Virus record (IMG/VR): IMGVR_UViG_3300033463_000029
Span: 32,001-96,000 of that record
Source of the DNA: a virus
Lineage: Duplodnaviria; Caudoviricetes
DNA: 64,000 bases
Direction: 5' to 3' (one strand)
Position numbers and translations under genes: made by a program. Below are positions 27,054-37,392 of this stretch, piece by piece. Numbering within the stretch: the first letter of the stretch is position 1; each line of letters begins with the position of its first letter. Under the pieces are notes generated by a model. That model searched no databases. It was not told the DNA's origin and saw only the letters and a program-made list of their open reading frames with translations.

Positions 27054-27544
27054 ACGTAGAACTTAAAAGACCAAAGGAATACATAAACGGAAAGCCATAT
27101 TATGCAATTACGGCAATAACCGGGATCCTTGAGCAAATACTTGGAGAAAAAATATCAACATCCGACGCAAGGAGGATAATGGTAGAATATGCAAAGATTA
27201 AAACGATTTCGTGCGCCAACGAAAGATTTTACGGAACGTTGTATAGCAAAGAAGATGCAGACTGGTGGTTTGTAACTCCAAGCACACAGGTGAAACTGAA
27301 AGAATTTTATCGACAGATAAAAGAAATGAGAGAAGCGGCAATAAAAGCAGCAACACAAAAAACAAAAAAACCGGTTTCAACATTTAGTTCAAAAACGCCA
27401 GAAGAGATAAGAAAAGAGAACGAAAGAAAAATGGCTGAACTAATCAAAGCTCAAGAAGAAAAGGAACGCAGGTCAAAAGAAGAAGATATGGACTACGTAT
27501 CCGATGAACTTTTAAGAAACGACGGAGTATATTATACACGATGA
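27050..27544 (+). CDS. Hypothetical protein
   Basis: Coupled by ATGA overlaps. Confidence 0.7.
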   Translation: MNVELKRPKEYINGKPYYAITAITGILEQILGEKISTSDARRIMVEYAKIKTISCANERFYGTLYSKEDADWWFVTPSTQVKLKEFYRQIKEMREAAIKAATQKTKKPVSTFSSKTPEEIRKENERKMAELIKAQEEKERRSKEEDMDYVSDELLRNDGVYYTR

Positions 27545-28092
27545 ACCTTATATGTAACAATTGTGTCGGTGCAAGAGTGTATGAAGCACTTAACAAACAA
27601 TACACAAACCCATTCATCTGGTCTTTAGTTAGACCGGATGAATTTGTTTATCTTATAAACAACTATAACAATATTGATTTTAATAAAAGAGAACTTATCC
27701 TTATAAACAATACGCTGTCAATAAGAATAGACAACAAAGTCACGGCTGTTTTTGTGCATCATATAAAAGACGAAAGATATTCAGAATATACAAAGCTTAG
27801 CATAAACAACCAGATGCAGGCAAGATATAAACATATGGATGAATTTATATTGGATAGATACGATGCACGTGTTTCTAGAATGACAGAATCTCCTATTTTT
27901 TTAATAAGTGACAGGCACAATTCATTTTGTAACGGAACATATACGTTTAAACCTGAAAGCTTAAATGGAATAAAAGATTTTTCAAACGTAACTTTCATAG
28001 GAAGCGAAAGAACAAATTTATGCAAAAGCCTGCTATGCAACGGAAACGCGTCAACAGCAGGCTTAGCGAAATTCTATCTAAAGAACAAGTAA
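27541..28092 (+). CDS. DUF1919-like protein
   Basis: ICNNCVGARVY..NPFIW..R..R pattern. Confidence 0.6.
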   Translation: MNLICNNCVGARVYEALNKQYTNPFIWSLVRPDEFVYLINNYNNIDFNKRELILINNTLSIRIDNKVTAVFVHHIKDERYSEYTKLSINNQMQARYKHMDEFILDRYDARVSRMTESPIFLISDRHNSFCNGTYTFKPESLNGIKDFSNVTFIGSERTNLCKSLLCNGNASTAGLAKFYLKNK

Positions 28093-28093
28093 A

Positions 28094-29956
28094 CTATTTC
28101 TTCACAAGATTTTTTATCTGGTTTATCGCGGCAAAACTGCCGGTCAGTTTATACGTTCTTCCCTTGTACTTATAAACAACACCCTCGCTTGGGTATATTT
28201 CTGGATTGTCTCCAAGACGAGTAAGCAAATATTCCAACTTCTCGATCTTTCTCTCGTCCTTTGATGCAGACACGATGTCTATCGCATCAACTATACCCTT
28301 CTTAATCTTCTCTACGGCCGCCTTTTCGTTTCCTTCATTCTTTATGCCCTTTAATGACTTTATAACGTCGTTTCCGATGTCGATGAAGAGTTTATCCACC
28401 GGAAGCATTAAACGCTTAAGAAGGGCTTCTTTTTTGCCTTTATCGAGGGATTTTAGCTTCTCTCTGTGTTTCTCATCAAAAACAGACCATGCTACCCGTG
28501 TTGTTCCAAGAAGTCTTCCAACAGCAAGGTCGATTTCCTCATTAGTCATATCTGAAAATCCGTTAAAAGTGAGGTATCTTTTCAGAGCAACTTTTTTGAA
28601 ATCCTTAATCGTGTTATCGAACGTAAGCTCATATTCCTCGCACAGATCCATAAGCTTTAATATGTGCTTAGAAACAAGAGCTCCCCTTTCATCAGAGACG
28701 GCAGATATAAACACATTCTGCGGGCTGTTTGTCTTAAAATATGTGTGATTCGTTATCTTCATCGCATCTAACACAAGAGGCTTAAGTCTCTCTACGTTTG
28801 ATGAATGAACTTCTATTATCGATGGCGGAGATGTTGAATCAATATTATAATCTGTGCAAGTTGCCAGAAATCCGTTCAGGTTGATAATGTTTTCAACATA
28901 TGGTATTACGTTTTGAGCATCAATATCTGCGATTTCAAAATTACACCAAGTTCTGTAAACGAGTCTATCAAGTTTATCGTCCTCATTGAAAACTTCCTTC
29001 GCCGATCTGATATTCTTAAATATCGCCGCAATGGTTTCAGCCCCGTTAACAAACGCCTTGTGCACCGAATCTGTCCAATTCTTATTTTCCTTTATGTCGT
29101 CAAGCGTCATCGGATGATCAATCATTTGACTCTTATTGCGGGCAAATATAGGCTTTCCGGTTGTATCAACTGAAGCCATTATGTTCATTCCATCTATTTT
29201 CTCAGTTATGTCTTCAACATTTCCATTAAATATGTCGATAATCATATCATTTATTTCTTGGAAAGTCATATCATCCTCCTCATATGGATGGTTAATGTGA
29301 CCCGGAGCCGCACTCTCAAACACCCCTGCATTTCTCATATCGTTTTTCAAATCAACGTAATATGATGAAATAAATGGTCTGTGTGGAAAATATCTATAAG
29401 GATATGCTGCTTCAAAGTTTTTTGGATCTGAATTCCTCAAATCGTCCCTGATAATTCGAGATGATATTATTTCTCCATCAAGTCCATCTGTTCTTCCTGA
29501 ATATTTCAAAGGAAGTTTAGTTGGGCAAGCCATCGCAGTTATTCCTTCTTTATGATATTTTCCATCAATTTTAAATGCGTCTACAAAATCAAGGACACGC
29601 TTTTGATCTTCATCTTTAGTAGATGCAAGCATAAGATAATATCCATTACCGTATTGTTTTGTTGCTACTATATTATATGCTTCCCTCACCGGACTACCAT
29701 CGCATATAATATAATCAATCTTATCCTGACAAAGACCGCTGTGCAAAACATCATCCAAGAAGTATTTTGTCGTGTCAGCCTGAACACCATCCCTTGTTTT
29801 TCTTGAGAAAATAAGATGCAATCTAACATTAGCCTGATAATTAAACATCTTATCAACGGCTTCAATAGCGTTTATTGCCAAATCCATATGACCTCCGTGG
29901 AAAGGTTTAAATCCACCGGGATACAATATATGAACGTTAAGCTTTAGTTTTTTCAT
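28094..29956 (-). CDS. HIGH-type nucleotidyltransferase fused to ligase-fold domain
   Basis: YPGGFKPFHGGH and ISSRIIR; then HINHPYE, TEKIDG, EGVVYK, KLTGSF. Confidence 0.75.
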   Translation of the reverse strand: MKKLKLNVHILYPGGFKPFHGGHMDLAINAIEAVDKMFNYQANVRLHLIFSRKTRDGVQADTTKYFLDDVLHSGLCQDKIDYIICDGSPVREAYNIVATKQYGNGYYLMLASTKDEDQKRVLDFVDAFKIDGKYHKEGITAMACPTKLPLKYSGRTDGLDGEIISSRIIRDDLRNSDPKNFEAAYPYRYFPHRPFISSYYVDLKNDMRNAGVFESAAPGHINHPYEEDDMTFQEINDMIIDIFNGNVEDITEKIDGMNIMASVDTTGKPIFARNKSQMIDHPMTLDDIKENKNWTDSVHKAFVNGAETIAAIFKNIRSAKEVFNEDDKLDRLVYRTWCNFEIADIDAQNVIPYVENIINLNGFLATCTDYNIDSTSPPSIIEVHSSNVERLKPLVLDAMKITNHTYFKTNSPQNVFISAVSDERGALVSKHILKLMDLCEEYELTFDNTIKDFKKVALKRYLTFNGFSDMTNEEIDLAVGRLLGTTRVAWSVFDEKHREKLKSLDKGKKEALLKRLMLPVDKLFIDIGNDVIKSLKGIKNEGNEKAAVEKIKKGIVDAIDIVSASKDERKIEKLEYLLTRLGDNPEIYPSEGVVYKYKGRTYKLTGSFAAINQIKNLVKK

Positions 29957-30188
29957 TTATAGTTTCTTTTATTGTTTTCCATTTTCCAACAGGACATTCG
30001 GAATCTTCTGCCTTTGTCTTAGCAGCCAACACACATCCACAATGCTTGCATATTCCAGATATGTTATCATCACATTCATTGCAGATGTCCATTCTGGCAT
30101 CAAATTCTCTTTTATATTTGATGTCAGATATCTTATCAATAAGCCAGTTTGTCCAGCCCTGTATTATTAACTTTAACTTAAATAACAT
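29937..30188 (-). CDS. Small Cys-rich protein (DUF6171-like)
   Basis: RMDICNEC..CKHCGC..K....CPVGKW; ATAAATA at 30196-30202. Confidence 0.7.
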   Translation of the reverse strand: MLFKLKLIIQGWTNWLIDKISDIKYKREFDARMDICNECDDNISGICKHCGCVLAAKTKAEDSECPVGKWKTIKETINEKTKA

Positions 30189-30204
30189 GTCTCTATATTT
30201 ATCG

Positions 30205-30234
30205 AAAAAGCCCGGACATAGAATGCCGGGCAAA
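30205..30234 (-). terminator. Terminator after dnaK
   Basis: GCCCGG / CCGGGC stem with T tract on minus strand. Confidence 0.65.
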
Positions 30235-30265
30235 CAAATTGAAAAAAGGAGGTGTATCAATCTGT

Positions 30266-32155
30266 TTATTTAGAATTTGGAGAAAATCCGTCGAAGTTGA
30301 ATCCACCTTGTCCAAACGGGTTTGTTGATGAATCCTTTGCGGAATCTTTATAAAGTTCCTCGGCAGCTTTGTACAAAGACTGCTTAAGAGCTTCAGCCGC
30401 CGCAGAAATCGTTTCAACATCCCTATCTTCAGGTTTGACGTTATAAACGCTCTTGAGACTTTCGAGTTTTCCGGATATTTCTGATTTCACACTTTCTGAA
30501 ATCTTGTCTCCGTTCTCCGACAACTGCTTTTCCGCAGTAAAGATTAAATTCTCCGCGTCGTTGAGCTTGTTCTGACGTTCGACTCTGGCTTTATCATCAG
30601 CTTCATGAGCCTCAGCGTCTTTCCTCATCCTTTCGATTTCAGCATCGTCAAGCGAAGACGAGCCTTCGATCTTGATGGACTGTTCCTTGTTTGTTGCCAA
30701 ATCTGTTGCACTGACATTCAATATGCCGTTGGTGTCAATGTCAAATTTAACCTTTATCTTCGGAACACCACGTCTTGCTGGCGCAATACCTTCAAGATTA
30801 AATTCGCCGAGAAGTTTATTCTCGCTCGCAATCTTTCTGTTTCCCTGTGTGATAACAACAGTTATCGCTGGCTGATTGTCTTCTGCTGTCGTGAAAATAT
30901 GCTCTTTCGACACGGGAATTGTAGTGTTCGCTTCAATCATTGTAGTTGCAACATCACCGAGTGTGGTTATGTTAAGATTAAGCGGAGTCACGTCAAGAAG
31001 AACGATGTCGCTTCCCATGTCTCCTGAAAGGACAGCCCCCTGTATAGCCGCGCCTAAAGCAACAGCCTCGTCAGGATTCACGCTCTTGTTTGGCTCTTTC
31101 TTGAAATACTCGCGAACAAATTCCTGAACTTTTGGAACTCTGGTGGTTCCACCAACAAGTAGAATCTCGTCTATATCGTTTATTCCAAGATTGGCAGAAG
31201 AAAGCGCACCTTTGCACAAATCCTCAACCTTTTTGATGAAGCCTTCAGCAAGATTTTCAAATTGAGCTCTTGTAAGAGTTGAGCTAAAGTGTTGTGGAAC
31301 TCCATCGATTGCAGTAAGATAAGGAAGGTTGATGTCTGTTGTCTTTGCATTTGAAAGCTCAATCTTAGCTTTCTCCGCAGCTTCAACGACACGCTGATAT
31401 GCCATGTGGTCTTTCTTTACGTCTGCGCCACACTGTTTCTTAACTTCTCCACAAATCCAATCTGTAATCAATTGATCAAGGTCTCTACCACCTAGAACCA
31501 TATCTCCGTTTGTGCTGACAACCTCAAATACTCCGTTACCAAGATCAAGAATTGACACGTCGGCGGTGCTGCCACCCAAATCAAGAACAAGAATCTTCAT
31601 ATCCTTGTCGAGCTTATCAAGACCGAATGCAAGGGCAGCGGCAGTAGGTTCGTTGATAATTCTCTTACAATCCAATCCGGCTATTTTAGCTGCTTCAACT
31701 GTTGCTGTTCTCTGCTGATCGTCAAAATATGCAGGAACCGTTATAACGGCTTCTTTAACCTCCTGACCAAGATAATCCTCGGCAGACTTCTTAAGTTTTC
31801 TTAAAACTTCTGCGCTGATTTCCTGAGGCGTAAACTCCTTTCCGTCAATCTTTACACGAATCGTGTCGTTTGGTCCCTCAACAATATCATAAGAAAAGTC
31901 TTTTGCGTACTTTGATGCTCGCTTCCAAGAATTTCCTATGAATCGTTTTATAACCTCAACTGTAGTTTTTGGATTAACAACGGCAGATCTCTTTGCTGCG
32001 TTACCGACTTTAACTTCCCCGTCCTTCCCATAACCAATGACGGAAGGGGTTGTACGGTCACCGTCATTGTTCACAATAATCTGTGGTTTACCTTGTTCGA
32101 CCACAGCGACAGCACTCATCGTGCTGCCGAGATCAATACCAATAATTTTTCCCAT
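30266..32155 (-). CDS. dnaK: Hsp70 chaperone DnaK
   Basis: GIDLGST, TVPAYF, NEPTAAA, DLGG, LVGGTTRVP, NPDEAVA, LLDVTPL. Confidence 0.98.
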   Translation of the reverse strand: MGKIIGIDLGSTMSAVAVVEQGKPQIIVNNDGDRTTPSVIGYGKDGEVKVGNAAKRSAVVNPKTTVEVIKRFIGNSWKRASKYAKDFSYDIVEGPNDTIRVKIDGKEFTPQEISAEVLRKLKKSAEDYLGQEVKEAVITVPAYFDDQQRTATVEAAKIAGLDCKRIINEPTAAALAFGLDKLDKDMKILVLDLGGSTADVSILDLGNGVFEVVSTNGDMVLGGRDLDQLITDWICGEVKKQCGADVKKDHMAYQRVVEAAEKAKIELSNAKTTDINLPYLTAIDGVPQHFSSTLTRAQFENLAEGFIKKVEDLCKGALSSANLGINDIDEILLVGGTTRVPKVQEFVREYFKKEPNKSVNPDEAVALGAAIQGAVLSGDMGSDIVLLDVTPLNLNITTLGDVATTMIEANTTIPVSKEHIFTTAEDNQPAITVVITQGNRKIASENKLLGEFNLEGIAPARRGVPKIKVKFDIDTNGILNVSATDLATNKEQSIKIEGSSSLDDAEIERMRKDAEAHEADDKARVERQNKLNDAENLIFTAEKQLSENGDKISESVKSEISGKLESLKSVYNVKPEDRDVETISAAAEALKQSLYKAAEELYKDSAKDSSTNPFGQGGFNFDGFSPNSK

Positions 32156-32157
32156 GA

Positions 32158-33006
32158 TTAAAACAATAATGTGAATTTAATATCTTTTGCGTTGACAACT
32201 TTATCCAAGACTTCGATACTCGATTCAACGTTCCTAAATCCAAGAGTGTCTATGCATTCTTCAAAGAACTTATCGAGAACACCGCTCTTAGACACGAGCC
32301 ATTCAGCATCATCTGATAAAATGTCAAAGTCTTCAAGAATCGAACTTGCGAAAACCTCAACACCAAGCACCTCTCCTCTGTCTTCACTCAAAACTGTGTC
32401 GTAATTATTAAGGTTTATCCCCTCAATCAACCCGTGAAGAATATCCTCAGCTGTGAACCTGTCATCGTCACCCGCATCCGCGTCGGCATCAGCGTCTTGC
32501 TTGACTTCCTCCTCAATTGTTTTTTTAAGGAACTCTGCGTACGATTTGTGGGGTTCTGCTTCTGGGGAAACGTACTCCTTCTTTTCGTCGGACGGTTTCT
32601 CCGCACCAAGTCCAGCAGAATTATTTAAATCACAATCAAGTTGTTTCTTTTCATCGATGTCCTGAGCAGCATCTTCTTTAACCTGTTCTCCCGTTTGGAG
32701 CACAAATTTCTCTTCATTTGAATCGTAAGCGTATTCGTAAACAAGTTCGCCATTAAGATAGAATTTTAATTCTCCGGTGAACTTTTCACCAAACGCCTTA
32801 ATTAGATTCCAAGATGTTTTTACAGACTTCACATATTCATCGAAATCTTCCTTGGATACGTCACCGACGACACTTGAAGAATAAACCATCTTTTCTCCCT
32901 CAAATTCAACATGACTTGACGTCGAAACGCCAGCTAAATTCTTCGAATCAGAGTTTTTTGTTCCATCAAGAAATAGTGAAAAAAGGTTATTAAAAAAGTC
33001 TAACAT
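32158..33006 (-). CDS. Acidic hypothetical protein
   Basis: 282 aa ORF; ATAAATA at 33033-33039. Confidence 0.75.
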   Translation of the reverse strand: MLDFFNNLFSLFLDGTKNSDSKNLAGVSTSSHVEFEGEKMVYSSSVVGDVSKEDFDEYVKSVKTSWNLIKAFGEKFTGELKFYLNGELVYEYAYDSNEEKFVLQTGEQVKEDAAQDIDEKKQLDCDLNNSAGLGAEKPSDEKKEYVSPEAEPHKSYAEFLKKTIEEEVKQDADADADAGDDDRFTAEDILHGLIEGINLNNYDTVLSEDRGEVLGVEVFASSILEDFDILSDDAEWLVSKSGVLDKFFEECIDTLGFRNVESSIEVLDKVVNAKDIKFTLLF

Positions 33007-33049
33007 AATTTATAGCGTTTTATTTTCAAAGTTATTTATTAATCGTTTT

Positions 33050-33568
33050 TTAAAAAAGTTCAGTCTCTACGATATCTATTTCTTCTGGCTCTTCTACGAC
33101 CGGCTGTTCCACAATATCATCTGCTCCGAATGAAGAATAATAGTCGTTTCTACTATCATTCCCAATATAGTTTTCACCAGACTTAACGACTTTTATTATT
33201 GTATATCTATTGTCGCCAAACTTTACATGCAGAAAACCTCTATTCTTTAGTGTCTCATAATCCGATTCATTTGCGAGAACAAGCAAAGCGTTGAATTTTT
33301 CATCCTTTAATTCATATATGTTTGGTGAGTCTTTTTTTATTTCTTTAAGGAAAAGTCTCCCAATGTCATTATTCCATAGCTCCATATATTCCTTATCCAC
33401 CCCCATGTCTAAATTAAGGACTGGATCTGAACCGACGCCTTTGCTGATAAGTATTCTTCCTATCTTTATATTTAGGTATCTGTTTGTATCAAATGGAACA
33501 ATGTTTACATCCGCGCTAGACTGAACGAGCTTCACAATGTCATTCGTAATCAGTGTCTTCTTTGCCAT
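33050..33568 (-). CDS. Hypothetical protein
   Basis: ORF in operon. Confidence 0.7.
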   Translation of the reverse strand: MAKKTLITNDIVKLVQSSADVNIVPFDTNRYLNIKIGRILISKGVGSDPVLNLDMGVDKEYMELWNNDIGRLFLKEIKKDSPNIYELKDEKFNALLVLANESDYETLKNRGFLHVKFGDNRYTIIKVVKSGENYIGNDSRNDYYSSFGADDIVEQPVVEEPEEIDIVETELF

Positions 33569-34109
33569 TTTTAATCTTCGTTGAATTTTTAATGAATTCC
33601 CTCAATTCTATAACCTCTTTTATCGTTTCCTCAGTAAACAGGCTTAGAGCTGAATCGAAATCTTTTCTTGTTATGTTATAATGTTTTATATATTCGTCTA
33701 TATCGGCTTTTGTTATGTCGGTTTTCGATACAGTTTTTTTCGCTTGCTGAACCGATGTGTATAACCAACCCGGAGAAGGATATCTTGATAGAATTGCCGT
33801 TAGAGATTTTATAGCGTCCATTGCATTGATGTTCGGTTTATTAAACGCATTTGCCATCTCAGGATATCCTATCCCAACACGCCTCAATATCATAAACATA
33901 TTTTGTTTTGCCTGCTGGTCAGTTATATTGTTTATATAATCCATCCTACCATTAAATATCGCATTTATGGTATCAAAGAGCGGATTGTTTTTCTTTGTAG
34001 TATCACTGTCGGGCTTCGGTGCCGAAACCTTATATGCATCGGTACTATTCTGAGCAAACAAAAGGTCTATGCTTTCATCAACTATTTCTTTTTTCTTCCT
34101 CGCTGCCAT
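33540..34109 (-). CDS. Probable clamp loader small subunit (T4 gp62-like)
   Basis: FMILR..ANAFN..W..IKHYNI...ALSLF pattern; near gp44-like gene. Confidence 0.5.
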   Translation of the reverse strand: MAARKKKEIVDESIDLLFAQNSTDAYKVSAPKPDSDTTKKNNPLFDTINAIFNGRMDYINNITDQQAKQNMFMILRRVGIGYPEMANAFNKPNINAMDAIKSLTAILSRYPSPGWLYTSVQQAKKTVSKTDITKADIDEYIKHYNITRKDFDSALSLFTEETIKEVIELREFIKNSTKIKNGKEDTDYE

Positions 34110-35284
34110 TAGAATAAGCTTGGTGCTTTTGAAAATTTACTCAACGCATTTACATCGTCAAATATACTGTTTTCTCTTGGTTTATTAAAATTTTTATCAA
34201 AAAATTTTGTATCCTTGAGAAGATCGTTCATCTTTATGTTTGGATTTACAAACCCATACACCTCCATAAAGAACACATGACTGTTAAACTCTTCAACTAT
34301 TTTATTTGGGAAAAGCGTTTTGTCAAGCTCAACAAGCTTTCTCTGCCTAAGAAGTCTTTCTGAAAAATCAACCGGAACCTCGGTTTTCATTTCTTTCTCC
34401 ACAGCTTCCCTGAGACTTCCGCTATTAGCGGCTTCATTAAGCCCATTTACACTTGAAACAGAAAGATTCTCCAATATATGTGACGCTTTCAAAGGAGTTA
34501 TCCTCATCTTCTTTCCATTCTTATAATATTCATAAAACGCCGGAACGTCATCTCCGTCGTCTCCACACAGTATTTTATCAAGAACGACACGATTTGGATC
34601 TATCACCTCATAAACAACTTTCGAATTTGCCGTAACGATGTCCTTCATCAATTTCTTCGTTTCGTCGTATCCGTTGAAAAATATATCAACAACATCGGGC
34701 TCGTTTATCCAATCCATATAACCCTGACTAACGTAGAAACGTTTTTGGTTTTTATTGTTCGAAATTGGATTATAGCAAGCCACGAACTTCTTTTCAGATG
34801 AAAAACTTACAAGCTGGGTCCAGTCTTTATCAGATGACACAAGAACAACAGACTCGTCATGATTCAAAGCATAATCAACCCAGAGCGCAGCAATATCATC
34901 AGCTTCCGCGTGATCTATTTCTGTCACAACAAAATTGTTATTCCTCAATATTGTCTTGTATTCAGACAGTGCATTGAATATGTTAGTCCAGTTTTTCTCC
35001 TCGTCATGTTTTCTGCTTCCCTTGTATTTCATTCCGTCCATATTTTTATACAGCTCATTTCTCCAAGGAAACTTTGTATCACAGGCAACAAACACCCGAT
35101 ATGGATTAAACATCTTAACAAGCTGGCACATATCTGTAGCCAGTTTTCTTATAAGCAGCGTGCACTCTTCTTCAGTGTCAAAATTCTTTACAGTCCCGCC
35201 ACCCATATACTGACAGGTGAACATGGACCGCATCGCCATGTTATTGAAATCTATGACAAGATTTATCTTATTTTGATTAGACAT
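34109..35284 (-). CDS. 5'-3' exonuclease / T4 RNase H-like flap nuclease
   Basis: VIDFNN, WR..YKGSR, EADDI, SSDKDWTQL, GDDGDDVP. Confidence 0.9.
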   Translation of the reverse strand: MSNQNKINLVIDFNNMAMRSMFTCQYMGGGTVKNFDTEEECTLLIRKLATDMCQLVKMFNPYRVFVACDTKFPWRNELYKNMDGMKYKGSRKHDEEKNWTNIFNALSEYKTILRNNNFVVTEIDHAEADDIAALWVDYALNHDESVVLVSSDKDWTQLVSFSSEKKFVACYNPISNNKNQKRFYVSQGYMDWINEPDVVDIFFNGYDETKKLMKDIVTANSKVVYEVIDPNRVVLDKILCGDDGDDVPAFYEYYKNGKKMRITPLKASHILENLSVSSVNGLNEAANSGSLREAVEKEMKTEVPVDFSERLLRQRKLVELDKTLFPNKIVEEFNSHVFFMEVYGFVNPNIKMNDLLKDTKFFDKNFNKPRENSIFDDVNALSKFSKAPSLF

Positions 35285-35765
35285 TATTCTCTAAACCTAG
35301 TGTTTTTATGGCATCCATTAACTTTTTTGAAAATTCATTATAACAATACTTTGTTATATATGGATACTTCTGGGAAAAGTCATCGTACGCCAACAATCTT
35401 TTATATTCATCGTGGGCATCAAGCGGTTCATCTGCCTTTGTATAGTGGCAGCATTCCCAATCAATTATCGCCCCCTTATAATCAAACTTGTCAAGTATGA
35501 CGCTAACATATGATTCTGGCAAGACGCCATACTTCCAATAAAATTCTCTAAGCCTCCTTTCCAACCATTCTGGGTGGTGGTTTTTTGTACTCCTATGAAG
35601 TCTCTGAACTACTTTATAGGGGAGAAGTAGCCTCAACCAAGGTTTTTCACAATCATGGAAAAGGTATTTCAACCTCCACGACCGACAATTCAAGGCTGTC
35701 ATCTGAAATGCAGCCCAGTGTGCAAACCAATAAGGGAAACTGCTCCTTTCTGCTTTTGTAAACAT
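35277..35765 (-). CDS. HD-like hypothetical protein
   Basis: FHD.EK, HR...NHHPEW, IIDW. Confidence 0.6.
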   Translation of the reverse strand: MFTKAERSSFPYWFAHWAAFQMTALNCRSWRLKYLFHDCEKPWLRLLLPYKVVQRLHRSTKNHHPEWLERRLREFYWKYGVLPESYVSVILDKFDYKGAIIDWECCHYTKADEPLDAHDEYKRLLAYDDFSQKYPYITKYCYNEFSKKLMDAIKTLGLENNV

Positions 35766-35771
35766 AACTTG

Positions 35772-36731
35772 CTATTGTCCGTTTTGTTTCAGAATTTCCT
35801 GTAATTTAAAGCAACACGCCAACAGTACGAGAACTCTGTCCGGTGCAGTCGGAAGCTGTGTCATATATTCAGCCGTCGATATTATAATATATGGTATGGA
35901 CGGAGCGAATTGTGGATAATTCAACGTTATGAAATCAACAAATGAACGAGATATTTCAAGCATAGCCTCATCTGGCGATGTTGAATAATTCGTCATTATG
36001 AATTTATAATTCTCAACTGGATTTCTACCGGTAACGATAAGATTAAACAGGTCTGAACAGTCGAAAGTCTTAACCAGAGTCTCTCTGTTCAGCTCTGTTG
36101 CATCCTGAGTGTAAAGCCGCTGGATTTCATTCAATATAGAACGCATGTCCGGGAAGCTGTTTCTCACAAAGATACGAAGAGTTTCATCATCGTATCCAAC
36201 CTTTATCCCCGTCAATATTTTTCCAACATACTGGCAGTACCCCTCAAACACTGCATCTTCTTCCGCTTTGTTTATTGGGTATACAGGAATACAGTTAAAT
36301 CGTGATTGAATCGGAGCCGGAATTTTATCGATTTTATTGCAAGTGCAAACAAATCTAACAGAATCCGCATAGTGCTCTATCGTTTCTCTAAGAGCATCCC
36401 ACGCCTGATTCGTCAGACCATCAGCCTCATCTATGAATATGACTTTAGTTTTCATTGCTCCGAATTCAAGAGAAACGGCAGACGCAAAGGAAACGACGCG
36501 ATCACGTATCACATCAATACCGTTCTCAGACGAACCGTTAAGTAAAAGGGTATCATAGCCATCTATAAGAATTCTGGCTATTGTTGACTTTCCGCAGCCC
36601 TGCGGACCATAAAGAAGAATATTCTGTGTCAACCCATGCGACACGTCATTTCTAATTCTATCTGGCAGAACAAGACCATCGATGGTCTTCGCTCTGAACG
36701 CTTCTGTAAATAACTTATTTGTTACAGGCAT
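35772..36731 (-). CDS. Clamp loader large subunit (gp44/RFC-like AAA+)
   Basis: GPQGCGKST, IDEADG, CN..I..PIQSRF, PDMR. Confidence 0.92.
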   Translation of the reverse strand: MPVTNKLFTEAFRAKTIDGLVLPDRIRNDVSHGLTQNILLYGPQGCGKSTIARILIDGYDTLLLNGSSENGIDVIRDRVVSFASAVSLEFGAMKTKVIFIDEADGLTNQAWDALRETIEHYADSVRFVCTCNKIDKIPAPIQSRFNCIPVYPINKAEEDAVFEGYCQYVGKILTGIKVGYDDETLRIFVRNSFPDMRSILNEIQRLYTQDATELNRETLVKTFDCSDLFNLIVTGRNPVENYKFIMTNYSTSPDEAMLEISRSFVDFITLNYPQFAPSIPYIIISTAEYMTQLPTAPDRVLVLLACCFKLQEILKQNGQ

Positions 36732-37392
36732 AATATGTATTTGTTTCTATACTTTTTCCTTTTTCTGCGTATTCTATAGCCTCATTTATATCCGTTTCGT
36801 TGAGGCAATCAAAATTATTGACAAGATGCATTATGTTTGAAACGAGAAGACTTCTACTGCACTTAACCTCGTCCATAAGAAAATCGTCTATAATCTTTTT
36901 TCCAGAACTGACAAACTCAGGTGAACTCGGAGCATCGTTTATAATGTATAAATCATAAAATCCTTCCGGAAACACGGTCCGCGTCTTATCTCTTTCGATG
37001 CGTTCCTTCTCTATTCCGGACATTGATTTTCTTTCAATGTATATCTTCTTTATATCAAACACATCGCTGTGCTTCTTTATCATCTCGTCAAGAGCATCTT
37101 CATCTATTATATAGACATTAAACTTGTCATTGTCAAACTGCTCGAACGTCGTCCAATAATGATATCCTCCGAAATTTGCATATGCGACCATTTTATCCTT
37201 GCTCGGCATATCGTCCTCTGTAACAAAAATGTGTTCATACCCGTTGACTTCATTCTGTCGCATTGGTCTTGTTGTGTAGGAACACACCCAATTATACCAT
37301 TCAGGATCCAAAGCAGCCATTGTCGTTCCTATGGTTGTCTTTCCGCTTCCACTGTTGCCAACAATCGCAACAACCTTTTTCTTCACGCCCAT
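36715..37392 (-). CDS. gmk: Guanylate kinase-like protein
   Basis: GNSGSGKTT, SYTTRPMR.NE.NG.EH.FV. Confidence 0.85.
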   Translation of the reverse strand: MGVKKKVVAIVGNSGSGKTTIGTTMAALDPEWYNWVCSYTTRPMRQNEVNGYEHIFVTEDDMPSKDKMVAYANFGGYHYWTTFEQFDNDKFNVYIIDEDALDEMIKKHSDVFDIKKIYIERKSMSGIEKERIERDKTRTVFPEGFYDLYIINDAPSSPEFVSSGKKIIDDFLMDEVKCSRSLLVSNIMHLVNNFDCLNETDINEAIEYAEKGKSIETNTYYACNK

